From Balanoglossus misakiensis (taxonomy: Eukaryota; Animalia; Hemichordata): DNA of 64,000 bases. Location of the stretch: assembly GCA_040954595.2 (NCBI GenBank), contig CM082579.2:5514879-5578878 (forward strand), read 5' to 3'. Below are positions 13,341 through 28,700 of this stretch, one piece after another. The notes under the pieces were generated by a model, which saw only the letters and a list, made by a program, of their open reading frames with translations, made no database searches and was not told the origin of the DNA. How positions within the stretch are numbered: the first letter of the stretch is position 1; each line of letters starts with the position of its first letter. Position numbers and translations under genes: made by a program.

Positions 13341-16300
13341 ACAAAATGTTAGAAAGGGAAGTGTGTGATACTAGTATCTCAAAAGATACATTGAGTACTT
13401 ATACGATATCGTGCTATCGAAGTTGGATTGTAGTTAGAACTTGTACTGATTATCAGTCTCGACCTTCCCTTCTGCCAGTGGCTAGTTTTCGACGAGATGT
13501 CGTGGTTTATGAAGGCTCTCTACGTTGCTTGAATTACCACAGAACCGGGCTTTTTTTTCGTTACTCTTAATTTGTACACGCTTCAGTCGTTGATCTGTTA
13601 TTTGTTATAGAATTATATGTAATTTTGGAATCAGCTTTTAACAGTCGTAGCAAGACTAGAATGAACTGGATTGAAAGAACACGTTGAAATCAACTCAATT
13701 TATTATTGTACACGTAATCTTTGACCACGCAAATAAACTTGTACTGACTAAACTCTACTTTGAGAATCTGACTTTTGATGAAAGGATAATGTACGAGTGA
13801 AGTACAATCGTCCAGATATTGAACGACTCCAGGGCCGCAGTAGAGTTCAACATTATCCGGCTCACAATACGTAGCATCAAGACAACATCTGGGATCTTGG
13901 TATGCTAAATAACTTCTCAATTACATGAACCAATCACGAGCTTCTCAAAATGCACCTGATGAATGATACCTTTCGATTGGATAGTTGTCAGTCAGTTCAT
14001 TTGACAGATGGTCAGTGAGGCGCCAATTCCATCATTCGACACGCCGTCTTTGACGGACAAACATCATGGCTGAAAGTAGTGACAACAACGACCTGTTCAT
14101 TGCCCCGAGTAATTTCCTACAACCAAGTGAAAGTTACGGTCAAGACTTTGGAGATATGGACTGGATTTTCCGCGTTTTTGGTAGCTTCTTTTAAGATAAT
14201 GTACATAAACCATCGGTCATGGAAATTGGAAGGTACCTTCTCGCCTGGATTCCGGCCCCGATTGCGCACATCCTCTACTGTAAGTAATAGTTTTGTTTTA
14301 CACTTTTCCCTTCTAAACATTTAAATTTAAATTGATTAGGAATTTCCTATGGTACGTCAGCAAGGTACTTCTGGTACCTTAGGGTGTGCGAGGTAGAATT
14401 GAAACCCCAACCACAGGTCGAGCCCAGCGCAGAGAAAGATGGCCGAACCAAGTATGTGTACCTGGAAGCAGTTCTTCCTGGACTGGGGAGGCAGCCTTTC
14501 TTTCTTTGTTATCTTGTGTGTTGTGAGTGAATGGCATTATGCCAGGTGAAGTTCAATGTCTAGATATTGCACTGCGCCAGTGCAATATCTCAGCGGACAA
14601 AATGCAACAGCACAGGTAACGTCCAAATAGAACAAAGAGGCTGGCCACGCGTAGTGTTGTATCAAATTATGCAAATTAAAATGCATGTCAAATATCATTA
14701 CCGACATATTAAACAAGCTAGGACTCCGCTAAAGAAAGCCAGTCATCTCAGATTGGGTTTATCGCCAGGCATATCGCTGGTCTGAATGAGGTGTTTCTCA
14801 GTACGTGATCATATGATTTTTACATCGAGAACTAGACAGTCGCATGTGAGATCATTCGTCCATTTGGAGGGTGCGTGTATGATTGATGACGTCACTTAAA
14901 TAAAGTTCTCCCACTCAGTTTCACGATGAACGTAGACGACGTCAACACGCCTGTTTATTCCATAACTGAAGTCATTTATAGTAGAAATACAATTCTAACG
15001 TACATGACCCTGGATTTTTTGACACAGCGCACTCTACGCATGTGCATACAGTTGGAAATAATAGGAAGTTGCTGTCTTTCACAAATGAAAATAATGTTTC
15101 GTCACCTTGGATACTATTTAGGCCGCCCATAACGCACATAATCCAAATTAATCAAATTAGACTTTGCTGCTCATGGTTATGATTTTAAGAGACAAATTTA
15201 TGTAAACACTAAATCTAAGCAAAACGTCTCCTTTACTGGGTAAAGTACATATCATAGCTAGAGAAGTAGGCGACACACACTAAAGTTATCCCACAATAAG
15301 AGTAAATACCATAACTAGATCCTAGTACAATAATTCTTAAGTACATATCACAACTAAATACTAGTAGATGACATACAATTGTAAAGACATTATCCTGTAA
15401 TAATTCTGATCATCCCAACACAAAACAACCACACACATAATCCATATAATTGTCGGTATATATTCTTGTATCGATAGACTATCAAGGAGAAAGGTAAATT
15501 ACTGTGCCCACGATAACTCGCCCATAGAATAACCACGGGTTAAAAATGCTGACGTTGCATTTTTAAACCAATGTACCGGCAAAACCCATTGTCAGCATTT
15601 AGTTATCAGTAGGTTATCAAAGATTATGATCAAACAATTTTTCCTTCAAAAGATATCCTCTGAAATCATCATCGGCACAGTACTTAGACGTCGTAGCCAG
15701 CTCACCCAGCGCCGATGGAGAAATGACTCAATCTTTGTTCTCTCATAATACTTAGTACAGAATTAAATGTTGTAGATATTTATGACATCCTCCAATGAAA
15801 ATGCACACGTAAACCAGACTGTCACATAGATATTTTGCTAAACTATTAATCTAATCTAAACACTGTTATGTGAAACACACATGAACAATGCAATGTTTAA
15901 ACCAGAAGTCCGGTATCTTATTTTTTTTCGTTTCACAAATGCATTTTCTGTATGAGCTAATAATATACCAGTAAATATGTCGCACACTTTTCCGAATAAA
16001 TTTACAAGTGAAAATGTATAGCATCACCAGTCATCGACTATTAGGATTCAAAGAGAGAGCAAATTTGCCATCTCATTCTCAGTATACAGAGAGAGAGAGT
16101 AACTTAACTAACTAATCACACATAAAAGTTCTAAAGTGGTCATTCACTACAGACATTTATCTAAGGTTTACGTCAACAGTTTGTGCTAATGAATTTCAAT
16201 TGATTGGCTATAATGAATTGTCAAGAGAATCGGCTGCATATCATTGTTACATGAACTGGCAGATGTTTCACTATAAGTTCTTCAGGTTCCGCAGCGACCA

Positions 16301-16754
16301 ACAGCCGCACTCGGTTCTGAAATAAAAGAAAGCACACACTTTTCCATTAAAAGTGTCGATGTGCACTATAGCTATGCGCACGTGGAATTTGTCTCCCCCC
16401 CCCATAGGTTTGCGTGGAGAATTCCTTGCTGGAAAAAACACATTTATCCTTGTGTATTGTCATTTAAATGTCAGATAAATTTAAATTCAGTGTCTGAATA
16501 ATGTCGTATGGTCAACGACGGATGCTTAATGTTTAGTTTTTCCACCATTCACGGTCTTGTATATCAAAAACTAGCACAGTTAATTTCGTTACAGACGTTG
16601 GTAACACTTACAAAGCGATGGTCAAAATAATACCTTTTTTTTGCTTTATGATGATAAATATGTAAATTTGTAATTTAATTCTGTTTTCTGAAAGAATCTG
16701 ACACGATTTTCAGACTTACTTGTACTTGCACTTACTTGTACTTGCACTTACTCT

Positions 16755-19700
16755 CTAGAACTTCTGAATACCGATAAATGTCCTCATGTTTTCCACAAGT
16801 CGTGTAGCCACTTTGACAGCGTCTTCTGCCTGCTGCCTTCCGTAAACATCTCCCGGTGCACTGTTATGACGCGGGTATCTGGTGTTGCTAAAGTCACACC
16901 CAAGTTTGTCCAACTCGGCTGCATCTTTGTCCAGTCCCGGTGGGCATTCGGAATGGGATTGGACTGCGTACGCCAAAGACAGCAACCCCGTGCTGTCCTG
17001 CTTCGGTTTGCCATCAATGGAAAATTTCCCCGCCTTCAACGCCTTTTCCGCCGCTTGGTGAACTTTGAAACACACCCAGTTGTAGGAGGGGCTCTCGCCG
17101 TACAGATCGTTGTTTGCCGCGAGTAGATCCTGCTCCGCTTGTCTAAACCACACCCTGGCTTCTCGTGGGTTCGGCGTTGGTAAGTTGAATGATGGCGGAA
17201 CGTAGGAGGAGCCGGAACGCCTTCCTGAATCGCGGAATCTGTTTCTCTGCCTTTGGTAGTTGCTTTGATAGGACTCTTGTTGTCGTCTGTGGTACCAGGC
17301 CTCGTTGTTCCATTCTTCATAGAACCGGCTAAAAGTTTCCGTATCAGGCTTACCACTCTCCAGCCTTTCGATCTGCTGCCTGAGGTACTTAAAAGCGGCA
17401 TTGGCCATGTCTTCGTTTCCTGGATTCTTGTCTGGGTGCCATCTCCTGTACAGTCGTCTGATGACCTTTTTACGCTCATCTTCTGGCAGCTTGAACGCTG
17501 CTTCTAGGGTCTCTTTGATAGTGGACTTCGCTTCATCGAGTGACACGTTTTCTGTAGCTTCTGGTCGGTCACGTTGGATGCCATTTCCTTCTGCTCCAGT
17601 GTACACTTCGAGATCTTGAGGTTTTGGTTCCTCCAGTCTTTTGAATTTGTAGAGGTCATTGCCGCTTACTTCTACCGGTTCTTTCCCTCCAATGTCCACT
17701 CTGTACTTTCTTCTCAATCCAAGTGTGTCCTCCGAATCATCAGACTGTGTAAGCACTTCAGTTACTTCGGCAAACACATATTCCGCAAATTCGCTTTCTG
17801 TCCCGCCTTCCATGGTAGACTTCCTCAAAGCAACAACATCTCCAACATGGAAAATATTGATAGGGTCGTCGTTCAGGAGATGCACGATGTCTTCTGGTAC
17901 GGGTTTGCCCGGAGCATGCTCGTTCTCTGCAATTGCTTCTGTGTGCTCGTATTCAGGAATGTTATAATCTTCAGTAAGAATGTCCTGAAAGTGCTCGACA
18001 CTCTTTGAAAGTAAGGTTTGCAGAGCTGACATGTCTGTCATTTGCCATGATAATATGTGGTTTACATTGTTAGCTAGTCGTCCGAGAAGACGGTTGTCAG
18101 CTGGGATGTCTCCATGTTTCAAGTACAAGTCAAAACCTTCTTTAACTTTCTCCATATACATGAATCTGCCCTTTTCACTCCCTGGTATATATTCACCTGT
18201 AGAGGGCTTGAACATCATGCATTCCAATTTCTTCATGCAGTGAACCCTTACATTTTCTTTGAGCTTTGCTATCTGATCTCTTCTCTCGTCATTAAGAAAC
18301 TGAGGCCCTTGCTGATGACGGATGATTCGTGTCAGGGATATCAATAAATCTTCACTACACAACATTTCTTGGTAATGGACACGATACTCACAAGATGCAT
18401 CTGCAATGCAACGTTCAGCATGAGGACTTATCTTTTCACAGACAAATTTTCCAACATCTTTTGGTTGTAACTTTACTGGCAGCAGTGTAACACTCATGTT
18501 TGGGTCACATCCACATTCAACGAGTGGCAGGACAAACTCATAATTCGATGGATCAATTCGATGTACCAAATGCTTACTGCCATGATACAAGTCTGTTGAC
18601 AACTGTAGTTTTTCACGCGTGCTTGGTAGATACAGTCTAGCAACATCAGCCAAACTCTCCTTATCTGCATCTTCAGACAGATAATAAAACAAGGCTTTGG
18701 TGGCCGAGAGTGCCTTCTTCCTTTCATTTGGATGCATCTTGTCGTCCTTGCAGTGGTCTTTGATTTCAGCTAGGACACGCGAGAGCTGAGCTGGTGTAGC
18801 ATTCTCTTCAGTTCCGAGATGCTGCAATAATGCGTCATATTTTCCAAGAGTTCTTGGGGGTGTGTACAAGTATGGCTGAAGTTCTCCTTTCGGCAACGGA
18901 CCAATGTTGTGGGCAAGCTGGTTGGCCCGTATCAGCATCTTATTATCATCTACGAGAACCAATGGTGTATGAGTCAGCCGAGTCCTCAAGTCTTGTTTAT
19001 CACGGTTTTCTTGAAAGCATTCGTACAGCTTAATCAACACAGAAGACAGGGTATCTCTTGTCTTCTTTGGTACTTTGTCTTCAGTTTCGGGTTGATTTTG
19101 CTTTGCCATTCGGTCACAAATGTTTTGACAGTGGCGTATGACACTATCGAGAGACTGATTGTCTGATATTCCCAGGTAATGGTGCAAGTCTTCATCCTTA
19201 CCATCGAAATATTCACTACTTACGTATCTTCTTGGTATAGCCCATCGTGGTAGTAGAAAGCAACTGGTCCATGCTAACTCCATGTGATATTCTGATATGT
19301 TGCCATGATAACAGATGAAGGGGATGGTTTGGCTGCCTTCCCTTGAGAAAGGAGGATGTATCTCACAATATTCAGATCTGACTTTGGCCGAGGGAATGAA
19401 TTTAATCTTTGACACATCTTTGAAAAAAGATGGTTCACGGAGGTCATCGTTGTTTGACAGTTGTTTTGCCAGCAACTTAGATTGATCCAGGATTGATTTG
19501 ATGTCAGCACCAGTGCATCGTAAGGCGCGTGCAGCAACTCTGTTTGCATACTGTAGGAAGAGTGTCTGAGTGACTTTTGTTTTCAGACCAAGCTTCTCAA
19601 AGAAGCTTCTCCAACTATAACTATCTGAAAACTCCTTTGGTAGATGATACCGTTTGTCTTCCATCGCTGCAAAAACTTCATTATTTGGATCAAAGAAATA

Positions 19701-22700
19701 ATCAGCTGTCTGCAGATTGCCATCTTCCGCGCGGATCAAGTGAATTGATGACAGCACTCTTATTACATATTCTCGTTGTTCTTCATTGCACCTGTAACGT
19801 ATTAACGTATCCCGTATATATTCCAAATGGGCAAGACGAAATTTGTGAGAAAACGTGTGGAGATGGGGTATGATATACTTCTTGTACACACCAAATACAT
19901 CGATTGCAGTAGCTCCAATACCTTGAAGTAGTTGCTGAAGGTGGTGCTTGGGAGTCAGGAAAATACAGTCACACTTGGCCCATAAATCCTGTGGCACATC
20001 CGGAAATGTTCCAGATAGTAAGTGGCAATTTCCATAGCAGTCAACACTGGTTAACTTGCCATCATATTGCTCGTAAAGTGGCATTTCCTTCAGTGTATCA
20101 ATGTGCAACAGGTTGTACTTGGGTACATCTTCTTGAAAATACTGCAGTAGAGTCTCTGCCTCATAATTCTTAATAGCTTCAAAGTTAACCAATCCCTCAC
20201 ACATCAAATGGTCAAGAAGCATTAGGACATCTTTACATTCTCCTGGTGATACTACATAAGACTTGAGCAGTTTTGTTACACACTCTTTGGACACGAGAGG
20301 GTGATGTTCTATTGAGTCACTGGCAACTTCAGGACACTTCAGTTTCCGTAGCAACTGGATGACACGTGACTGAAAACCCACTTCCTCTTCTCTTGAAAAC
20401 AAATTGAGAACTTTTGTTCCATTTGCTGGTGATATGAGAGACATGTCCTTGAGTGGGATGATAGGCCATGACCGGAGAGGATGTATTGGATCAGTAACAT
20501 CTCCTGAGCATAGGTATTTCCAAAGCAACTGCAACCATGTTATGTATCCATCTCTGTTAGTGGCGTCAGTAAGTTTGATACAGTGTGTGACATTTTGCCA
20601 TGCAGATGGAAGAACGGTATCCAAGTGCTGAGCAAGTTCATCAGGAGTCAAATCTTTCCAGACATTCACGGCAACAGATGATTCCAGTTTGCTAGAAAAC
20701 TCATATAAAATGCTGTAAACATCTCGACTGAGGAACTTCTGTCTGAGAGCTGGGAGAAGATCCATGAACGGGGATAGATATGGGGTGTCATGTGTGCTGA
20801 AAACACCGACTGTTTTGTCTGCAAGTAACTGGAGTGGAAGGCCAACCAGTTCTTGTGGATCTTCAACATCCTGAAGGACGTACTTCAAGACTTCGAGATA
20901 TGTCTTAACATCTGCGTATGTTGATTCTTCAACACCACAGGGTAAATCCCCGATGACACACTTTTCTGAGTGCATAAACTCCCGAAGAGAAGTGGGGGTC
21001 ACCTTTTGCACATCGACTCCTGAATGCACGAAAGAATCATGTATCTTCATTGGCGAGCAAAGGAGGTTGAAACCCGATGACAGCAAGAAATTCCTGATCA
21101 GCTCTCCTGAAGTGTCACTGCCCATTGTGTCAAAGAACGCTTGGTCACACTCATTGATTGGTTCATGCCATGATATGTCTTTCTTGTGCACGCCACCTGC
21201 GTTGATGATCGGCAGTACCTTAACAGCTGCACTAGCAATGTAAGCCAGAGTCTGCTCTGCAAGAAAAGCCCACTCGCCTTTTCTAATTCCTGTGGGACCA
21301 GTTTCGTTTGTGTCCTTGTTTACTGTGGGGAAGAGGTTATGGTACCAGTCTAGGTCACTTGAAGCTGTCGGTTTTTCATTTCCTGCATCTTCCGTGTCGG
21401 TGGGATTCATGACGTACTTGCGACCTGCCACGTGTAGGAGTGTCGCATAAGCCGGTGCCAGGGCTTTACTGATTAGATTTTCATTCCATGCACTTCGGAA
21501 GCTTTGTGCAGAAAACCCTGGATCTTTCCATAAGTACCTCCTCGCTGGGTCTAGGGCAAAGTGCCCATTAACACTGACAGGTAATCCGGTATCGATTGGC
21601 AGTGGAAGGAAACAGTATGCGTGCTTCACATTTTTGACATTCTTTGTAGTAGCCACGGGATTTGAAAAACCAGGCCTGGTATATGTATCGGGTTTCGTTT
21701 CACGGACATTGTGCTCTTTAACCAGTGCTGCTACACCAACTCTGGGTAGGAATCTTCCTATGTCATCATGAGTCACGTTAATATCAGGTTGCTCTGAAAA
21801 CCCAAACTGCTGCACAACTAACCAGTCTTCTTCTCGATATTTCGAGTCTTTGATATGAAGCATGTAGTCTTCAGTTTTGGGCTGGATTTCCATGACGTTT
21901 GTACCCTTGTTGACTGAGATGTAAGCTGCCATTTCTTCTCGTTTCTGCCTACCATCTTCTGTCATCTCTGCACTTACGCGGTACCATTCCTTCATTTCTC
22001 CTGATTTAGTTATTTCGGACAACTTGATGGATTTTATGTGATTCAAGAACAGCAAACTGTCAAAGGCTGTTGACTTGAATTCCCTCATAAGGTCTTCAAC
22101 AGTTGATGTGCTATATGTACTGTCAGATATATTAGATGTGTCTCCATGTTGTCTGAGGGGAAACCTGAAGAGAGTTCCCCCTTCCAACTGTATGTAGTCC
22201 GCAAGATAACCACTGAGCATGTCCTCAAAGCTGGCTCGCAGGTCATCGACTGGGTCAAATAGTATACCTGGCTTCTGGTCATTAGCTCCGAGGATGTATT
22301 TCAGATGTGGATCAAATATCCCAAGTTTCTTGTTGTCTGAGATGAAAGAAGGACAGTCTGTCATGTGGTAAACGGAGTTGAAACCAATACCATACTGGCC
22401 AGTTGTCTCCGCATCACTTCTTTTGCCTCCAATGCCTACTTGCTGAATACCCTTGATATCTTCATCGCTGAATGTTTTGTTGTTGTAGACGCATATTGCA
22501 GGACGTTCCTGCATAGTTGCCCAGGAATCACACACTATCTTTGTCGAAGGATGGGACCTACGGTCGTAGATGATGTGTATTTCCGTGGCTTTGGCGTCAT
22601 CTGCATTCTGCAGAAGTTCTTTCAAAATTTCAGACTTCCCCGGGTAAGCCTTTAGGATATCTTTCAGGCGGTCTGTCAGTTCTTCCTTCTGTCCAAACTC

Positions 22701-25700
22701 ATGGGCAAATCCCATGAGGGAGGAAAACTCTTGTGCCCTCTTGTACCTTGCTGCTACAATTCCAAGCTTTTCAGCTTGTGCCCACGTCACATCTTTGTGG
22801 GTGAAAACAAAGTGGGTGCTTTGTTGTAGCCATGGAGCATCATCGTTGAAGGTCATTTCTTTTCTCGATCTCAAAATAGAGTGTGTGTCTGGAACAGGGA
22901 TATCTTTCTCCTCCAAATCATAGTTGTTGCTGGCACCTCCACATATTTCACGAACCATTGTCATGGCTATCTTACACTCGTCTTTGTTCAATTCGTCTTC
23001 TCCTCTTGTATTTTGCAATTCCTGCAGTACTGCGATGTAGTCGTCAATTTCGAACTTGTCTCTGACACCACAGATACTGAATAACTTCTTGAACTTTACA
23101 ACTTCCCTCGGAACTTTGTACAGATATGGATCGGTAATTTCACTCCATTGGAAAGCCAGCTTGTCTGCACTAACAAATGCATGATGTACCCAGAACATCT
23201 TTAACTCTCTCAGCTGGCTTACCGTGTCTTCTTGCCCTTCAATGATGTCAAACACTTCTTTACCAGTAAGAGATCTGGACGATCTGCAAACGTTATGCTC
23301 CAGAAATGTGTACACTGCTTTACACACATCTAGGGTTTCTTTTACATTCTGGCTTTGAACTAGCACTTGAAGTTGTGAAACTACGTCGTCAACGGCCACT
23401 TCAGTATTTATTCCCAGGATGTCTTTGATCTCAGGCGTGAGTAGTGTTTTCTCAAGTTGGTTTTCATCTAAGATTGCTGCCACTGAACCAATGATGTTTG
23501 CATGTTTTTGTCCAAACAACTTCTTCCCATTTAAGAGTTTGATCTTATCAGCCCACCACTCCAATGGATAGTCTTTGGGCTTTTGCAGGACCGGAAGAAA
23601 GACAGTGTTGGACAACCTTGTCTTTTCATCCACGCTTGGGTTGGATCCAGTATCAAGTACATTCTTCATGACTCTCAGAATTATATTTATCCGTTTAACG
23701 GCTGTTTTCATGCCACTGTTTTCTTCCATATCAATCACCGAGTTAGCTCTTTCACAGATATCCTCCCAGGAGAGAGTTGTTGTAGCCATTCCAAGCTCAG
23801 TCAGTGACAAGAGTCTCTCCTGTGATGTCAGTTCCTTTGCGTATGGAAAGCGGCCATCACTGTCGTCAAATAGTTTACCAACAAGAGAATCGGGCTGGAC
23901 AAGGTTGGTTGGCTTATCGACTTCCGTGCCATCAGGAGAAACGGGAATGCACTCTGTAGTTTTGAGGAGGTCATCAAACATCCTGATCTTCTGAGTACCC
24001 ATCCGGGCATCCAGAAGGTGTGTTACCATGGGGTTGCGTATGCCTGGAGAAACGTCATCTATGCTGACAAAGAACACGTCACGATATAATCTCCTCATGT
24101 CGTATGAATTCTCTTGCACCAGTTCATGAGCACCAGACTTCTTTATACTCTTCATGACTGATTCAGAGAGAGAAACCACTTTCCTTGGATTACACTCCTG
24201 GTTCAGGAGGATTGTTGCTTCACTGTCTATGCGTGATTCCCTGATGTCAGCACCAACAAACAGGCACTGGTCTAATGTCACCCATTTTGATCCGTTATGA
24301 ATGACTGGTGGCATGGAGTCTGACTGACAACAGACCCTCTTGTAAAATTCGGCCAGAAAAGGGTGGAAGTCGCTCTCACAGGTATCTAAATTTGGCCACA
24401 GGGTCTGGAAGTCATGTTTGGTATCATAGTCCTGCATCTGTGTCAAATCTACCAAAAGATTCAGAAATACCCTGCAAAGGACATCAGTCATAAGATCATG
24501 GTTCCATTCCGCTTCAAACTCCTTCGGCTGCATACTCTTAGTTGCTTTACTCCAGATGTGTCGTCTGTTTGGTTGTAATGCAAACGATGCATTGAAGTGC
24601 ACCGGAAGGCCAGTCGGCACCTCTAATGGCAGAAAGGAGTACAGTTGTCCCGGCGTTGGTGTCGGTACCAGTCCATCTATGTCACGATGCAGAAGGGCAG
24701 CTACTCCAGCACATGGTAGAATACCTTGCTTCTTCCCTTCGTGCTGACACGATCTGGCGAACGCTGCGCCAGAACTTGCACATGAACTAAGTAACCACAA
24801 CTGCTTTGAGCTGCTTTTCTTTGCAGACTTTGACAGTTTGGACTTAGTGGCCACTTCAACCATGCATGTAGTCTCAGGGGGTGGAGTGTTGCCTCCGCGT
24901 GACATCCACTGTGAAGTTGCTCTGAGGATATTGCACTGCTGCTGAAGAGGTGAAGCCTGAGTATCTGGTGGGCAGCTGATGGCCCTCGGTAGCTGCTTGA
25001 CTAAATTCACATTTAGAGACAAAATCTCTTTAGCACCACTGCCATCGTGACTTCCAGTCTTCAATTCAAAAACTGACACCTTTTTCACATTCTGTGTGAA
25101 CAGCAAGAGAGTAGGGGCTGCATCCTTTAAGGTGAGGATCAATTTCTGGAGAAGAGATTTGTCGTGATATACTTTATCTGAGATCAGATTTTCCATCTTG
25201 TGGCTAGCCTGGTGGGCAGTTCTTAACGGAAGACGAAACAGTGTCCCATTGTAATGGTCGCAGCTGTCAAGTATATTGCAGCCAAAAACCTTGTCATATG
25301 GTTGGAATTGGTCTGGGTGGGTTTTCACTGTGTATCTGTGGGATTCCTTCCGCAGGTCCAGTTTTACTCCGGGCTGAGATGGATTGTGAATTCGAGACTT
25401 CAGATGGGTCATTCGTGGATCAAACATCATGACATAAGGACCACTGACTAGACTTGGAACGTCCGTGACGTGGTACACTGATGTGAAGCCAAGACCAAAG
25501 CGTCCGATTTTCTCATGTTTCTCCCTCTTTGAAGCTGCTGCTATATCACATATGTTTTTCATGTCATCATCAGTAAATAGGGCATCATTGTACGCCCACA
25601 GTGCTGGCCCTTGACAATATTTCATTTCAGGATCAAGTAAGCGTTCCTGTTTGTCTTCATTTTCTCTCTGATCTATGAGGAACTTGACTTCCGAAGCCCC

Positions 25701-28700
25701 GGCATCATCTGCGTTCTGAATAAGCTCCTTGAAGATTCCTACGCCTTCTTTGTATATATCAAGATTGCGTTTGATGGCATTTATGATACTCTCATGTGGA
25801 CCAGCAAGGTCATATCCAAGATCATCTGTTGGGGCCACAAATTGACTGAGTGGTTGAAGTCCCAAATGTTTTGCTGTTATATTTGGGATGTCTTCATGAA
25901 TGATACTGTATCTACCATCTTTCAGTTCTTCAGTCAGCCAATCTCGGTCCCTGTAGAGACACTGATTTACAGGAACCAAAGACATGCTTCCAGTCTGTGA
26001 CAGTTTTGCTGGTACCAAGACATCATTCTTCATTTCATCCTTTATTGGACCACCTCTTGTTATAGCTTTAAGTATTGCACAGGACAGATTCACGTCAACT
26101 TTAATCTCGTCCTGTGACCGCTGTTGTTTGTTTTTATCTCTGATCTTCTTCAAGACATCAGTGAGGGCTGTTGGTGTAAATTTCTCTGAAATTCCCATTT
26201 GTCGAAAGAAATTACGGAAATCCTCAGCTAACTCATCCGGTAAAGTGTTGAGATAAGGCTTCAGGTCGACATCCAAACCAGATTTGATTGCCACGCTCTC
26301 GGGACCGGAGAACCCTTTACCATACCAAACCCACTGGAATCTGCCTACACCAGGGTCTTCATTGATGAAATACTTGACGAGATCAAGTTTTGATTTTGCC
26401 AGAAATGTGTAAATTTCCCTAACAATGTAATGTACTTGTCTGAAGAATAGATTATTCTGCTCTGAATGTGATTGAACAATCATCACGATCATCTTCAGCT
26501 GACGTACAACACTCCTGACATTCTCATAACTGTCAACATCAAGGGGATGTTTCCACTTGAATGCACTTGCTGTATTCTGGTTCAGGTGCGACATCTGCAA
26601 GATTGGCATAACCCCTCCTATCAATGTGGCATTGTGTAGTAGAGTAATCTGCGTTGGTGTGAAGAGTTTTTGACCATTTTGCCCTTGTTCTCCAAACCAG
26701 TCGATATTGCTTGGGTATGTGCTTGGTCGGTGATCCATGCAAGGTACCCATGATAACGACTTTAGTCTTTCAGCCAGAGTTTTCCTTGTCCCATGTACAT
26801 ACACCTGTTCTTGTAGTTTGAAATGGTACTTATCTAAGTACTCCAGCAAGGTACGTGGCTTCACCGTACTTTGGCTATGGACAGAATCCAATTCCTTTGC
26901 TATCACCAAAAGCTGCTCGGCACTGACATCACCTTCAGACTTCATGCCAATCCTTCTCATACTTTCCAGTAGCTGTCCACTACAATATGGTTCAATTGGA
27001 ACACTTTCATCTCCCAGGAGAGTGACGAGTTGAGTGCTCTTGGGATCAATGACTTGGCATGGGCGAAGTAACTTGCCACTCTTGGTGGGTATGCAATTGT
27101 ACTTCTTGACGATATGATCATACGTTGAATGACCAAGGGCCCACTGGATAATGCTTGCAGCTTCAGTCCGAGAATAGAAGTTACTGTCGAGGTTGGCAAA
27201 TATGTACTGGTCCAGGTATGTTGCAAACTGTACTTCATCAGCACCCAATCTTTTTGCCAGTTGACCAACGTCGTATTCGTCGCATGCAAGTAAAGGTCTC
27301 TTCACTCTGTTGCACGGTAGGCACTGGTAGTTGTTTGGAGCAAGTTTACTGCATTGGTTGATTGACATGAGAGGACCACCATTTACATTTTCAAACAACT
27401 GCAACTGTTTGAGGAACACGGTATCATCTTGACTGATTCTGGAAAGTTTGGCCAAAAAACTGCGGAGGTGAGTTGCAAGGTAGGGGTTATCTTTGAGGGC
27501 TTGACATACTTTCATTGGTCCAGCAAACTTCAAAACCTGTAGAACCCCTTCTACATCCGGAGCTGCTATGTATTTGCACAGTAAAGACTGTGAAAGATAG
27601 TCGGTCTTATTTTTCACCACAAAACAGCCAACTTTCTCGACGATGTAGGTAATTTCATCTGGCAAATGTGTCGTCGTTCCCCAAGAGCTTACACTTTTGA
27701 AGACAGCCATTGGACCACTTCTGGTGATCTTGAGGAGTGTCGTGGGACCACTGTAGCTATTGACATCTAAAGGAATCAATGGTATTCCTTCCAAGCTAGC
27801 AACATTTTCATTGCGGCGTTGAAACCATGACCAAAATTCACTCAACCAACTCTTGGGTGGCTGTCCTCTTTGACCTGGACACCATATGATGGTGGTTTGT
27901 GCACTTGCAGTCCAGTTGTGAGGCAAAGCTGATCTCAAATTCTCAATCACGTGTGATGTGGTGAGTAGTGTAAGTTGTGTACATTTACATGTCTTCTTAA
28001 GCTTGGAAATCAGGCTTGCTTGAATGTTACCATCCAGAAATCTGGCATCCATGTTGGGAAGAAGAGCCTGCTTGTGTTCCTCTGTTGCGATGAAAATCTT
28101 GGACGCCATCCTGCTAGTGTTAAAAGATGTGAAAGTGCCATCTGCTAAGGGCAGTAGACGTAGTCCTTGTAAGTCAGAATGGGCTTCATCCACAAGGACA
28201 TATTCCAACAACCATAGTTTTGTCTGACTGTCCATGGACTCCACTACCTGTGTCTTTCGCTTCAGTTGGTCCCTTACGAAGTTTGGGGTTATTTTCTTCA
28301 CGTGAACTTTAAGCATACGAAGACACTTCATGACATGGTTTGGTAATGTGACCACCGGTGCGCCACACGCAAGCATAGCATTGAGAACGGATTCTCGAAC
28401 GCGTTGGTTTTCATGCAAAGTCGCATCGTAAAACACGGCATCAGGCAACTTGACCCACCTGCCACCAGAAACCTCGCAGAAGAATACCTGTTGCTTGATC
28501 AAGATGTCGAAAAGCTTCCCAAACACATGCGTCCATTCTTCTGACACTCTGTCTGGGTCAGGCCAGGCTGCATAAACACTGTCGGCTTTCCAGTGGTAGT
28601 CTTGGATTGCGGTCATTATCAACTTTGCATAGGCTTCCGGAATTGCGTCACTTGTGAGCAGTTGGTTCCACTGAGCAGTTTTGTCGTTCTGCGAATCTAG

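Noticed and set aside
13690-14500. Short ORFs between the Reeler cluster and sacsin, e.g. MAESSDNNDLFIAPSNF... at about 14066
   Set aside because: Short, with no consistent splice chain or recognisable domain; possibly a decayed transposon fragment, but not supportable without a search.
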